A stretch of DNA of 64,000 bases from Acanthaster planci (taxonomy: Eukaryota). Numbering within the stretch: position 1 is the first letter of the stretch; each line of letters opens with the position of its first letter. The position numbers and the translations under genes were made by a program. Positions 41,001 to 52,500 of this stretch are shown here, one piece after another. The stretch is taken from NCBI RefSeq assembly GCF_001949145.1, contig NW_019091360.1, positions 1,609,599 to 1,673,598 on the forward strand, in the 5' to 3' direction. The notes under the pieces were generated by a model, which had not been told where the DNA came from, searched no databases, and saw only the letters and a program-made list of their open reading frames with translations.

Positions 41001-43161
41001 GAAGAAGGTAAAGAAAATTCACTGACATCAAAGTGCTTCACCAGACCCTTTGGGCTGACTGCACCCAGCATTTCTGAGAGCTTGTGGTCAGCAAGGATGG
41101 GCAATTCCATCACAACTTGATTTGGGCAAAGGAGCTGTGACCACAAACAGTCTTCTGTTCACATCCACTCCTTCACAGCGCAGCGCTGCTCACCAGGGAC
41201 CCACAAAGAGGGGCCACCTAGTCAGTAATATACAGAGTGTGGCTTGTTTGCAGAAAGGAGTGACAGCAGCCATGCCCATTGCCAGTCAGAGGCGGGGCTT
41301 CCGTGTACAGTACCTAAGAACAAACATGGTGAAGTTTCAGCTCAGTGAATATGGTAAAGTCCAAGAAAAACAGTTTGCTAGGATTTCGGTTTCAGATCAA
41401 AAGTTGCTGAGTCATGTTTTGAATTGCGCCTGAATTCAGCATCTGGGACATGCTGTCAGATTCAGTTAAATGCAGCCACGTGATGTCATGCACTGAACTT
41501 AAGAATTATAGCGTCGTGCCAATGCTTGCGCACGCTCCTAATGGCAATTTTTCCCCCAAAATAGGACAAGTCGTTTGAAAAAGCCTTCACTCATGATTTT
41601 CTCCAAAATGACAGCCTGCCAGAAGGAATAATTTCACAGGGAGTTTATTCCCATGACCATCTTCAGACCAAATATGTTTTTCAACAATAACTTTGTCAGT
41701 TACTTGTAAATGATGGACTGTATCTTTAAAAAAGTGAAAAGTTTGGTTATTGAAATGTAACATCACACACTGTGTTGTCTGCTTTTCCAGTGTTTTTACA
41801 CATTGTTTTGCATTAGGAGGAAATTGAGAGACAGACTGCAGTGAATTCAGTTACGAGCCAATCCCAAGCGGCGATCATGTTGCAAAATATCGAAGTCACA
41901 GGGGACGAACAGTGACAAAGGAGTACTTTTCCTGAAGTTCTTTGGGTTTTTGGGAGTTGACTCAGCATGGCCTGCGATTGACATGCAATGACCTACATGT
42001 ACGTGCAAGTCATATCTTTGCTGAAGAGGACAGATCACAAGCCAAGAGAATTAACCACATGGGACGTTGCTTATCGTGTGAGAGCATGATAAATCATTCT
42101 GCACAAAATTGTCAGTGTGAATGCAGTTTTAAGGCACTCGGAAAATATGAGAACATTTACTGATGTGCCCATGTACTAATATGTGACAGTCGGACAAACA
42201 AGAAGTGAGGTTATGTATTTTCTGGGGCCATACTTTGAGTGGAGTAGGGCCCAAGACCTTCTTTAATCATAGGTGAAAGATCCACAATGATTTGACAACA
42301 TCTCTGTGATTTGACAAGGAATATGACACATGCCAGCATGAAGCCATGGCTTTTGGCAACCAGTTGGCTTTGTGGCAGAAGTCTCAGATTTGGTCGTCAG
42401 TGGTTATGCTGAATGTGAGAGTGCTTGAGTAAGTACAGACTGTAACATGCCCCTGCTCTGGTATCTTGGTCAAAACGGAAGACAAGCCAGGTTGAAGCAA
42501 ACAAACCATTTACGGAGACAGGTGTTTTTGTCAGTTTGTGTCGGCTGCCACACCTCTGGGTCCCTTGTCAGCTCGTTCTGGTCTTAAATTGAATTCACTC
42601 GCTTCCCAGTAGTTCCGGCTCACCTGCCTAAGTCGGACCGATCTGTCCACCTCCAAACACAATTACGATTACAGCGCTGGGCCAGTTCAGAAAGTGATTT
42701 CCCCAGAGCCGAAAAAGGATTACATCAAATTTCCCCCCCTGCCTGTGACTCCAGACGCTATCAAGCGCGGTTCGTCCGTCACCTTCGCATGAAGGGTTGC
42801 CATAAAAAAAGGATGTTAGCAAACAACGGGTCATGTTGGATTAGACCCTGTGTAACAGCAGATTCATTGGTCTTACAGTATCTGATTGGATGGCTGGCCT
42901 GATTACAGAATGACTTCATTAGGAAAAGGTCTTTCAGTAAGCTCTGTCCAGTGATTGGGATATTAAGACTTTGCGGCGCGGACAATTCCCTGGTCAAAAT
43001 TGGCTGCAGAAATTTGTTTTTGAATGGTAGGGCCGACCTTTGAGATGAAATGCATGAGGAAAGGCAAGAGCTTGTTTTCCTGGAAGGCATCCGTGCTTTG
43101 GAAATGGCATGTAATTGACAAGGCAACTTTAAGCATCCGTAGAGGTAAATGTGCTATATTT

Positions 43162-43271
43162 TGAACCAGGAAGTGTAATGCAAATGAATGGAGTACGCTC
43201 GCGCGTCGGATCACGCACTAGTTCTCACACTAATGCCTTTTACACACGTAATTGTGCGCATGACTTATTCA
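43162..43271 (+). repeat. Degenerate second copy of the interior of the MITE at 59025-59174
   Basis: Shares tgaaccag-aagtg...gaatggagtacg...gttctc...ctaatgccttttacacac-taattgtgcgcatga...tattca in direct orientation; TIRs lost or decayed. Confidence 0.8.
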
Positions 43272-44775
43272 TAGTTGCTGCTGGAAATTCCTTGCAAAAA
43301 CAACATGGAAACAGGATATTAAATTCCCGCTGTGCTTGAGGGAAAGTAATTTTTCCATTACAAAAATCTCCATTGTCCACTTACTAGTTTTTTTAACTTT
43401 CAAAAAGTTTTTCTACACAATGACAAAACACCAACCAACAATGTAAAATGTGTACATGTACATGATTGGATCATAAAATTTCTGTCTCCAAGACCATACC
43501 GTGACTGACGACATGGAATTATGTGAACAAAGGGTAAGCCAATGTTGTGGGGAAACGCAGTACGTACCGAGAATAGTCCTTATATTTGCGGGCTTGTCTG
43601 GATGGTTTGTTCATGTAAATTTCACCAGTGAGATTTGATTTGGCGCTTGGATGGCTGCGTTAGCACACACCTCCCTAAATGCAAAGTGATCCACAGCAGG
43701 TGCTCGGGTATGTCTTTGTCAGGATGGAACACGTCAAAATGATGGGAGGGAATATGACCCCCTCCCCCAAACAAACCTTCTATGGTTAACACATCTGTTG
43801 GCATTAAATACAGCCTTTGAATAAAGGGTGACATTGATACTGAAGCGAGAATATTATTGAAGACTCCAATGGCCTTAAAATGGAAATGTCGCAACAGAAT
43901 ATTTCAAGGTACATTGTGCCCTGTCCCCAGTTTTTATTATGCAAAGAAGCTGTGGGTTTACAATGTAGCTTTGCAGGTTTGCAGTTCAAATGTGACCAGC
44001 TCCACAAAAATAGGTATTAGGGGACTTTTTTTTTTCAAAATGAGTTACAGACACATTTGAATTGGTCACATTATAAGCTTTAATTTGGTGTAGGTTTGAA
44101 CCCTGTGGCATTTTGTAATCTCAATCTGGAGATATAGTGATTTTTGCATAATCATATCATACACGTTAACAGAATTGCTTTCAGAGACAAAGCCCTTAAA
44201 CACAGGAAGAGGAAAAAGAAATCAGCCAAGAAGGAAGTCTCTTAATACCCACAGCAACAGTTCGGTTTCTGGCATGCATTGTGAAAGTATTGATATACTA
44301 GACGCCAATAAAGCAAGAAGTAGAAAATCACCCTGTCCACCTACAAAAGCCTTTAATGTGGAAAAGCACAGTGTCCCTTCATACCTTTTTTTGCAGAGTG
44401 GGTCACAAATTGGAGGAGTTTGTTAAGGAAAAATAGGGCTAGAGTGTTTTAATCAACTCAAGCACTCATTAAAGCATCCATGGGGGAGAGTTAATGTGGA
44501 AAAAAGCGAACAGGAATATGGTGCCTTATGGAGATCCAGGACAATGGATCAAAAAGGTCTCCATGGGAAAATTCTACGGTAGGTGTAAAGGTTGGCCTCC
44601 ACATGGATTTCACGAACTTGGTTTTTGGCAATAACTCATAAAGGAAGAATTTTCAGTGTGTGATTATCAGTAGAAAAAGTTGAAGTATTTATACAAGGGA
44701 CACTCTGTTGAAATTTCAACCAAGGAAGGTAACTGGTTTTGAAAACAGCATTTCACACCCAAGTGTTTTAGTACA

Positions 44776-45265
44776 CGAAAACAAAGCATTTTCTCCACAA
44801 GGATACAAAGTCCGGCACACATGTCTGTGTAACCTTTTTGTGAGTTAAATTTGGAAATAAAATCTGGTACACTGAGTTCTTTAAATTTACGTGAACATAA
44901 TTTGAATTCTTCCTACAAAAGGCACTGTTGCTATACCTCGTTATTTGGGGCAAGATTTTACTTAGTTATATGTACATAAGAGACTTCTTGCACCAATGCA
45001 CTGTTTTCGATGGATAAGAAGGGCTCAAAGGAACCAGCCCATTCCAGAAATGGTTGGTGCTATGCAAAAGCTTGCCCCAAGTCACGAGGTATAGCACTCG
45101 GTGTACCAGATTTTATTCAAATTTAACTCACAAAAAACTTCCACAGACATGTGTATCAGACTTAGTATCTTTGTGGAGACAATGCTTTGTTTTCGTTTAT
45201 GTGCAATCAGATATTTACACAGGGTACCAGATTTTACTCGAATTCAACTCGCCAAAGCTTTATTG
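44776..45265. mobile_element. Foldback/MITE element, copy 1, with long inverted arms
   Basis: 44776-44877 is an inverted repeat of 45096-45195 with few differences. Inner pair GCTATACCTCGTTATTTGGGGCAAG / CTTGCCCCAAGTCACGAGGTATAGC. Central region homologous to 48380-48727. Confidence 0.85.
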
Positions 45266-47540
45266 AAACTGCACTTCTGTGCATGTACATGTACATGTGT
45301 AGGTATGCACATTGGCAGCTGGTCCTGTGTTTACTCAAGTTGCAGTACACTGAACATCAGAGTCATTGTTGGGGGGGAATCATTTTTGGGTAAACAGTTT
45401 TACAGTCTCTGTGTGTGTTTGCAGTGTGGATTGGATATGGGCGTGTGGGTGATTGGCTCAGTCACATGCCCACATGAGGGATATACAATACCTTGTGGGC
45501 ACGTGGATGCGCAAGTGGATGCAAACAAAGCTCTTCTGCCAGCGGTCTGTACACGTTGCACGCCACATAAAATATTTACTGCGCTGTATGGATTTCTGGC
45601 CGGCTGTAAATGTCAAAACATGTCGACACGGAATGCTGCTGCACGCCCAAACCAGCCATTTGAAATTCATCATAAGGACTTAGCTCTGTGAACTGCACAA
45701 AGGGTCTTGAAGAAAAAAAGCAGCATTCTCTTTGACTTTGCAATTTTGGAGAAATTTCCGTCCCTTTACCACTGCCCTTTCAAAGAGCCGTCATCCCTGT
45801 TGTCAGCTTTAGGCATGGGGGGGGGGGAGAGGAACACAGTGGCAGCTCAGGCGGGCACAATACTGGAACAATAGATAGTTTTGATGCTTATGGTTTTTCC
45901 CGCTGGGTTCAGCTGCTTGCCGGGAGGGGGGGCCCTCAGGCCACCCCCGCCTTTAGCGACAGGCCTGAGAGAGCCCCACAGCAGCTCCATTCCGGCTTTG
46001 GAATGTTTGATTTCTTTCGGTGTGGCTTTTCGCCGGACCAGTTCCTGTATTGATCCAGAGCAGTCGGGCTAAAAAAAATCCATACCAACTGTCAAAGCAG
46101 CACGCGCGATCAAAAGTCAAAATGGTAAAGGCACGAGTGTTTATTTAAACAGCCGTAATGTGAAGTGCCGAATGGCTCTTTGTGCTAACAACATGAAAAT
46201 AGATGTAAAAATAAGTGTAAGGCCATTGCGGCTAGTCAGTTACATGTACGATGTCATAAATGGTCAAGACAATCCTCTTTTCCCGCGCCCGTCACCTTTT
46301 GTTTCAATCCATTAAAGGGGGCACTGTATTTGTTGTTTATTTTATGTGCACATAGAACATGAATGTGGTCACGTTGACAGTCACATTGGTATGATTGTCT
46401 GTATGATAACAGGTTTCATTGTAGATCCAATCAGCTACCGGATTTCCATTGGCCTTAATGTACACGGCGTAAGTAATTAAAAAGTGCGATGTGAGTTTTA
46501 TCAGCGATGCACACCGATATCCATCGTCTCCACTGCGCGCATACGTAGCATTAATGTCATTTCCGTCATGCCCATCATATGATGGGCTTTAATTAAACAC
46601 ATGACTTCCATTCTGTGGGGCCGCAGCAGGAGCAAATGCGCCAGGCAAAAGCAAATTGACTTTAATATTTCAGCCCGAGTCGATAACGGCTTCCTCCGGC
46701 TCTAATGGGGGGGGGGGACAAATTATGACAGGATGCCTGTTGCCCTGTTTGTTTGTGGACTGGGGGAAAAAAATGCCCCTGCCCCGTTCAAGGTTAATGC
46801 ATAAATCCTCCCGAAAGCTTGTCATACTGGGCATTGCAATTAGCATCGGGAGCTCTTGTCCCCAAGGCGTAGCGGTAATATTTCCCTGATTCCTGCAAAT
46901 ATCAGGCGGCGCTGGTCTGTCAGAGCCGGTTAGATTCTGAGATCTTCAAGTCTCTGATTGACCAATCAGCTGCTGCCTTGACAATGACAGTGGGCTCTCC
47001 CGACAGGACAGAAGAGCCCGTGTTGAAGTGAAGAGCCTTTCTACTGGTGTAAATAATGCACCCATTACCTGTGGTTTGAGAGTTGAAGACAAGGTGATGA
47101 ATTTGACTTCAAACTAAACACAACCTTTAATGGAGCATTGGAAATAAATTGGGAAACTAGGGTGCGGATCGTTGGGCGAGAATGTGGCTACATATCAGGC
47201 CTGCAACTTTTCCTTGGGTCGGCTGATTTCCTCATTTTTCACTTCACACTCATGCCAATGAAATCTGCAAAACAATATACAAAGCCTTTTCAAGATTGTG
47301 CGCGTGACTTCCTCGATTTTGTCCAAGTTGCATGCCTGATATATACATATACATGTATGTGCATGGGTCAGTGTATGTGGACATGGGCACTTATGTATCT
47401 GTGCATGCACATTCATCTTTGCATGGTTTAAGGCGGGAGAACACAGTTTCCCTGGTGTTAACTATTCCTGTTTTGCTGAAGGTTGTCTGCGTGCTCAGGC
47501 ATTGTACACGTACATGTACATATGCATGCTGCGTAAGGCT

Positions 47541-47791
47541 CTGGGGCCAATTTCATAGCGCTGCTTAAGCGAAAAATTTGTTTAAGCGTGAAAAGACCTT
47601 GCTTGACAAATCAGGTTACCAGCCAAAACTTCTTGTAATGTACATGTATATTGTTTTGGAATGGTATTTACCTGTCTTGGTTAGCATGACAATCACATAG
47701 AGTTTGAGCTGGTAACCTTTGTTTATTAAGCAAAGTTTTTTAATGCTTAAGCAAATTCTGTGCTTAAGCAGCTCTATGAAATTGGCCCCTG
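47541..47791. mobile_element. MITE (251 bp) with long imperfect TIRs
   Basis: CTGGGGCCAATTTCATAGCGCTGCTTAAGC vs GCTTAAGCAGCTCTATGAAATTGGCCCCTG (28/30). Complementarity continues inward (AATTTG-TTAAGC; GGTTACCAGC/GCTGGTAACC). Confidence 0.9.
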
Positions 47792-48379
47792 TGTGGTACA
47801 TACATGTACTAGCACATGTAGGGATGTCAAGATGTTTATGGCCCAATAGCCTTCTTAACAACCCTCAACATGTTCATGTATCAGTACAGCAGCAGTACAC
47901 ATCCATGTACATGTTTATGTATAATTGTACCTTCCAAATTGCTTAATATCCATATTATCTGCCCCGAGTTGAAGTGCACCTCCAAGCGGCAAAAGAAAGA
48001 CAGAAGTAGTAAGTTTTGTAAGCAGGTTCTTGCACGCGTTTTGCATGTACGCAGAGACCATACATTAAGGAATAAATTTGTTACACATTTTCAGTATACT
48101 CCGCATCAATCGTGCCATTTTTGTACCTAAAAACCACGCCCTCATTTGTTCCGCTCGGAGCGGATACTGGAGGCCCTTGAGAGTGTCTGGATACTGTCAT
48201 ATTTTAGAGGGCTTGCATTTGCCCTAAGGCTTTCAGCATGCTTTATCATCCCACTTTTAAATTCAATCCTTGAATCCTTTTCACAGTTTTCAATTCCGTT
48301 TCACCATGAACCCTCTCTACAGAAACGAGAGTCTGGTGTTATCCCGCTTGAAGCTTCCTTATCCCAAAGAAAGTGCCTT

Positions 48380-48727
48380 CAATAAGCTTTTTGTGAGTTA
48401 AATTAAATTTGAGTAAAATTTGGTACACTGAGTTATCTGATTGCATGTAAACATTATTTGAATTCCCAGACTAAAGACACTTTGTCATACCTTGTGATTA
48501 GGGCAAGCTTTTGCGTAGCATCCATTATCCCTGGAATAGACTGGTTCCTTTGAAAACAGTGTATTAGTTTAAGGTGTCTCTTATGTCACTAAGCAAAAGC
48601 TTGCCCTGAATCACGAGGTACAGCAACAGTGTCTAGTATGGAGAATTCAAATTGTTCCGTTCACGTGAATTGAAAGAACTCAGTGTAACAGATTTTGTTC
48701 AAGTTTAACTTCGTATAAGGCTTGTTA
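48380..48727. mobile_element. Foldback/MITE element, copy 2, same family as 44776-45265, opposite orientation
   Basis: Arms GGTACACTGAGTT / AACTCAGTGTAAC, TTTGAATTC / GAATTCAAA, AGGGCAAGCTTTTGC / GCAAAAGCTTGCCCT. The reverse-complemented core (cataagagac...cactgttttc...aaaggaaccag...attccag) matches copy 1. Confidence 0.85.
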
Positions 48728-49010
48728 AGCCCTCCATTAAATCATTGCCCCATTAATCACACACTGCTTTCTGGAACCCTATGTCTGTTTCATGATCGCA
48801 ATGGCAGCGCCTCCTCCAATACTGCTGCTGTTGCATGTTTCAAAGACCACCTCTGCCACCACAGGATGCTGATCCTAAAAACACATACCGGTAGTTGTCA
48901 TGATTTGCCTGAATATCAGCCCCCGTTATTACTGCGCAAATTGCTTAATACAACCCTACTTTTCCTTTATTCTTCTTCTTAGTACTGCAAACAAACTCCT
49001 CAAATGGGAT

Positions 49011-49093
49011 ATCGACAAGAATATAATATCAAATCAGTGCTCTGAAATATGCCATATTTCAGAGCACTGATTTGATATTATATTTTTGTCGAT
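49011..49093. repeat. 83-bp near-perfect palindrome (41-bp arms, one mismatch) flanked by 9-bp direct repeats AAATGGGAT
   Basis: ATCGACAAGAATATAATATCAAATCAGTGCTCTGAAATATG-C-CATATTTCAGAGCACTGATTTGATATTATATTTTTGTCGAT; AAATGGGAT at 49002-49010 and 49094-49102. Confidence 0.95.
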
Positions 49094-49525
49094 AAATGGG
49101 ATCACGGTGCTACGCAGCCCTTCCATATTCCTCAAATGGGATATACTGTTGCAGGTGTGTTGTGGCCAATGTATACATGTACTAACTTCTTCTTAAGTCT
49201 CTCTTATTCTAGAGTCTCTGGCATGAGACTAATGAACATTATTGTTTGTCTATTACTAAAAAAAGTAAAAAAGAAGTGACAAAATTTGAAATAAACCTAC
49301 AAGTCCAGTTTTGACCTTTTTGCCAGCCCACCTTCATCCCAATGCAAGCTTTTTGAATTTCTCTAGCACATACTGATAAATAGTCACTCTTGCTTGTGTA
49401 TGAACGGCATTACACATTGCTCTTTTTTTTTTCATTAAGCCCCAAAAATCTGAGAATTCTTTCCTGACTGGATGATAAATGCTTCCAATATACCGCTATA
49501 ATTGATAGCCTGCGCAGGTACATGT

Positions 49526-49583
49526 GCTCCGTCAATTAGCCGGTACTCAATCAATTAACTGGTGCTCAGTCAATTAAAGCTGG
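49526..49583. repeat. Three diverged ~19-bp tandem units, each containing TCAATTA
   Basis: gctccgTCAATTAgccggt / actcaaTCAATTAactggt / gctcagTCAATTAaagctgg. Confidence 0.8.
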
Positions 49584-52500
49584 CTCTTCGGATTGGGTAA
49601 TGTGGTTTTTGGGAGTAAGCCCTAAGCTAGCCTAATGGCGTGCACTAATACATCTACTTATATTTTGCTTGGTCATGAATCTGGAAAGACCATAGCAAAC
49701 AACACTTATTTTGTAATTGTTAAAGTCAAATACAGCCCCGAAGTGATGTGGACACGCACCTATCCAAGTCGTCACATGGCTTCATAAATGTTGCTTGTCA
49801 TTTTTATCACTTTTAAACACTGACTTTCCGTGAAAAGCTGAATGACTGGTGCTGCTGTTGGCCTTTTATATGTCTTCAGTGGACAAAGGGTTGAAATGTA
49901 CATGTATGCATGTCCGGTTCGTAGGGGATGCAGTTTTTTTCACCCACAATCCTGGCCAAATCTCGTTGTACCCCCCCACCCCAGGGCCCCCTCTCAGTGC
50001 TGGGTCTCCCTGCACGGTCTGCGCCCCAGCTCAAAATGACCACATTGACCGGGGGAGTAGGGGACCCAGAAAGGGTATGGCTATTGAGAGGTGTCCCAAC
50101 AATTTTGTCCAGGCTTGTCGCAGCTGATTTGCCCGTGTGAACTTACCCTGATGTTAACTTCGAATTGAAAACACTGGGGGGGAAGTCACATCTCCCCCTC
50201 TACCTCCCCCTCTCCTTCCCCCCATGTCCTGTATCAGGTCCACGTCATATCATCTGAAATGACTCTTGCGTGGTCATGAACCAGTCGTAGGCAGCCCCTA
50301 CGCTGCTGTAAAGACAGGTAAGCTTGTAAACTTTTCTGGAGCTGCCGACAGACTGCTCCGCCATCAGTTGTACACCCGCGCTCCTGTGGCCACAGTACAA
50401 CATGCCTCTCCCCCGTGATGGATGGTTGTGTTCAAGCCGGTTGTCTTGTTTGTGTTTTGTCGAGGGAGCCCCCGCCAGAGAAAGGCTTTTGTGAGTGGAT
50501 TAATGGCCTGACGTTAGTGTGAGATTGTTGGTGATTTGTTACTGTCAGAGTAGTTGGAATGAATTATCTCTGGCAGGAGGAATACTTCTGTTTATCAGCG
50601 TACAATGTCTTAAAATCGATCATCACAATTCGAAGTTTTCAGAATCAGAAAGTCACAGTTTCCTGTGTTTTTTATTTTCAAGCAGCGACAGGTATTTTGA
50701 TCTGAAAATTGAAATCAAACCTAATTTAATTGTCATTAATTTCATAAAGTTAGGTTGTTGTAGTATCTTATAATCAATGTTAGTAGATATTTTCAGTGAG
50801 CGTAATGATATTGCAGCTCTTGTGCAAAGACTGTTCCTTCCCTCTTGCTTCTCGTCGGGTTGTTCTGTGCTGTTTTTTACCACTGCCAGCCCGTACAAAT
50901 TTTACTTGAAACTACTGTACATTGCATGTGTCTTGCATGTATATTTTATAATTACATGTGTATTAGCATTTCGTTGGAGGATATGGAGCCACTGAAATTC
51001 CGATTCTTGTCTTACAACATGCGTCTGCACGTAGCATGCCAACTCGACAAATTTATGGTTGTCATGGAAATGCTTAAGACGAACATGCACACGTGTGGCT
51101 CATACCCGATAACGGTATTTGTACGGTCATGGTAAGGCATCAGCTGCTGTGATAGACCATCAAGATTTCACATGAGGAAAGAACTAGACATGAAATGATA
51201 ATTGAAGACACAATATGCCGGTACACCAGGATTCCGTGTGGTAGCAATCGGATAGGATATTGTGTCATTTTTTAAAGAAGTGTTCGTCCAACCTGATAAG
51301 GAAAATGGCTAGTAGTGGTTGAAAAGCAACAAAAATTTAATATGGGGCACTGAGTGATACAAGGTTTGGCACTTGGTTTCCTCATTACAAGCCTGGTGCA
51401 CACGTGCAATGTACTGTGGCATTCTGGGAAGGCCACTTGTTATTAAAACCTCAGGACTTTTAGCCTGACAGCATTGCTGCTCACTAGAAATGCAATTAAG
51501 TATTGGCTGGGTGTAATGATGCATTATTGGGTTCCCTAAAGCTTAGCTTTAGATTTTTGGGAGGAGGGTTCAAAGTATTGAAGAAGTCTGTTGTTATGAT
51601 ATCTGTTTCCGTTTTCTTCCTATGATTAAAATCATTAATGATATCATGTCTTAAAACATTGTTTTAGGCAGTACATGTACAATGCAATGATTCAATGTAA
51701 TCTTTAACAAGAGCGTCTTAGAATCATATGATACCTGAATTTCTTAACTGCATTACATATTGTAATCATGCTTTGGGGATTTTTTATTTTTTATTTTTTT
51801 TCCGGACCCCAGATTTGCACCGATTATTTCACTAAGCCCCGGCTTGACGCCATTCTGCGACTTGACTCTAGAGTTAATCAAGTCCTCCCCCTGGAATCCA
51901 ATCGGGCGCAGGGCAAGCACTCCAAAACCTTGGCTCCGTCGTCGTCGTCGCAATCTCTGATAATTGATTCCCCTTGAGATACGAAGGCTGTTTCAGTCAA
52001 ATGTCCTCCTCCTCTCCCCGGTGAGCAAACCCCCCCCCGGCCTCCTACAGTTGCCCAGAGACTCCGGAGCAGCCCACCGTACATAACTGTCTGTACACTT
52101 TGCCATCATAAATCCATTTGAGCCTAACAATAATAAGTGGGCTTTACCACTGCGCTAATGGTGAATGCTTCAAGAAGAGAATCGGTGTTTCATTATGGAC
52201 AATGACGAATGGAGAAGCTGAAAGATAAACACGGTCATCATGTGTCCATGATGTCCAAGGTATTATCGTGATTGTACGTGCCGGATATTTTGCTGAGGGA
52301 ATTACAAAATGACCATTGGATTCTAAAGTTTCCATCAGTCCGATGAGCTGGTGGCAGATTTGTGTTATTTATCATCAGAGTAAAACTTCACACTTGGTTG
52401 ATTTACACATGTGAAATGTGTATCCAGTTTATTGGGCATTTTTTAAATACCTCTCTACCGCAATGTGGGTGGAACCAAATCAGATAGGGACTGTTTAATT

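Noticed and set aside
40604..41146. 180-aa minus-strand ORF
   Set aside because: No motif of transposase, reverse transcriptase or any family I recognise; crosses homopolymer runs.
41560..41730. Possible Kolobok-like end (TGTATCTTTAA); similar single ends near 45950 and 58750
   Set aside because: Only one terminus visible in each case, with no matching partner or TSD.
45101..45691. 196-aa ORF
   Set aside because: Runs through a foldback repeat and TACATG modules (CTCTC-type translation); non-coding.
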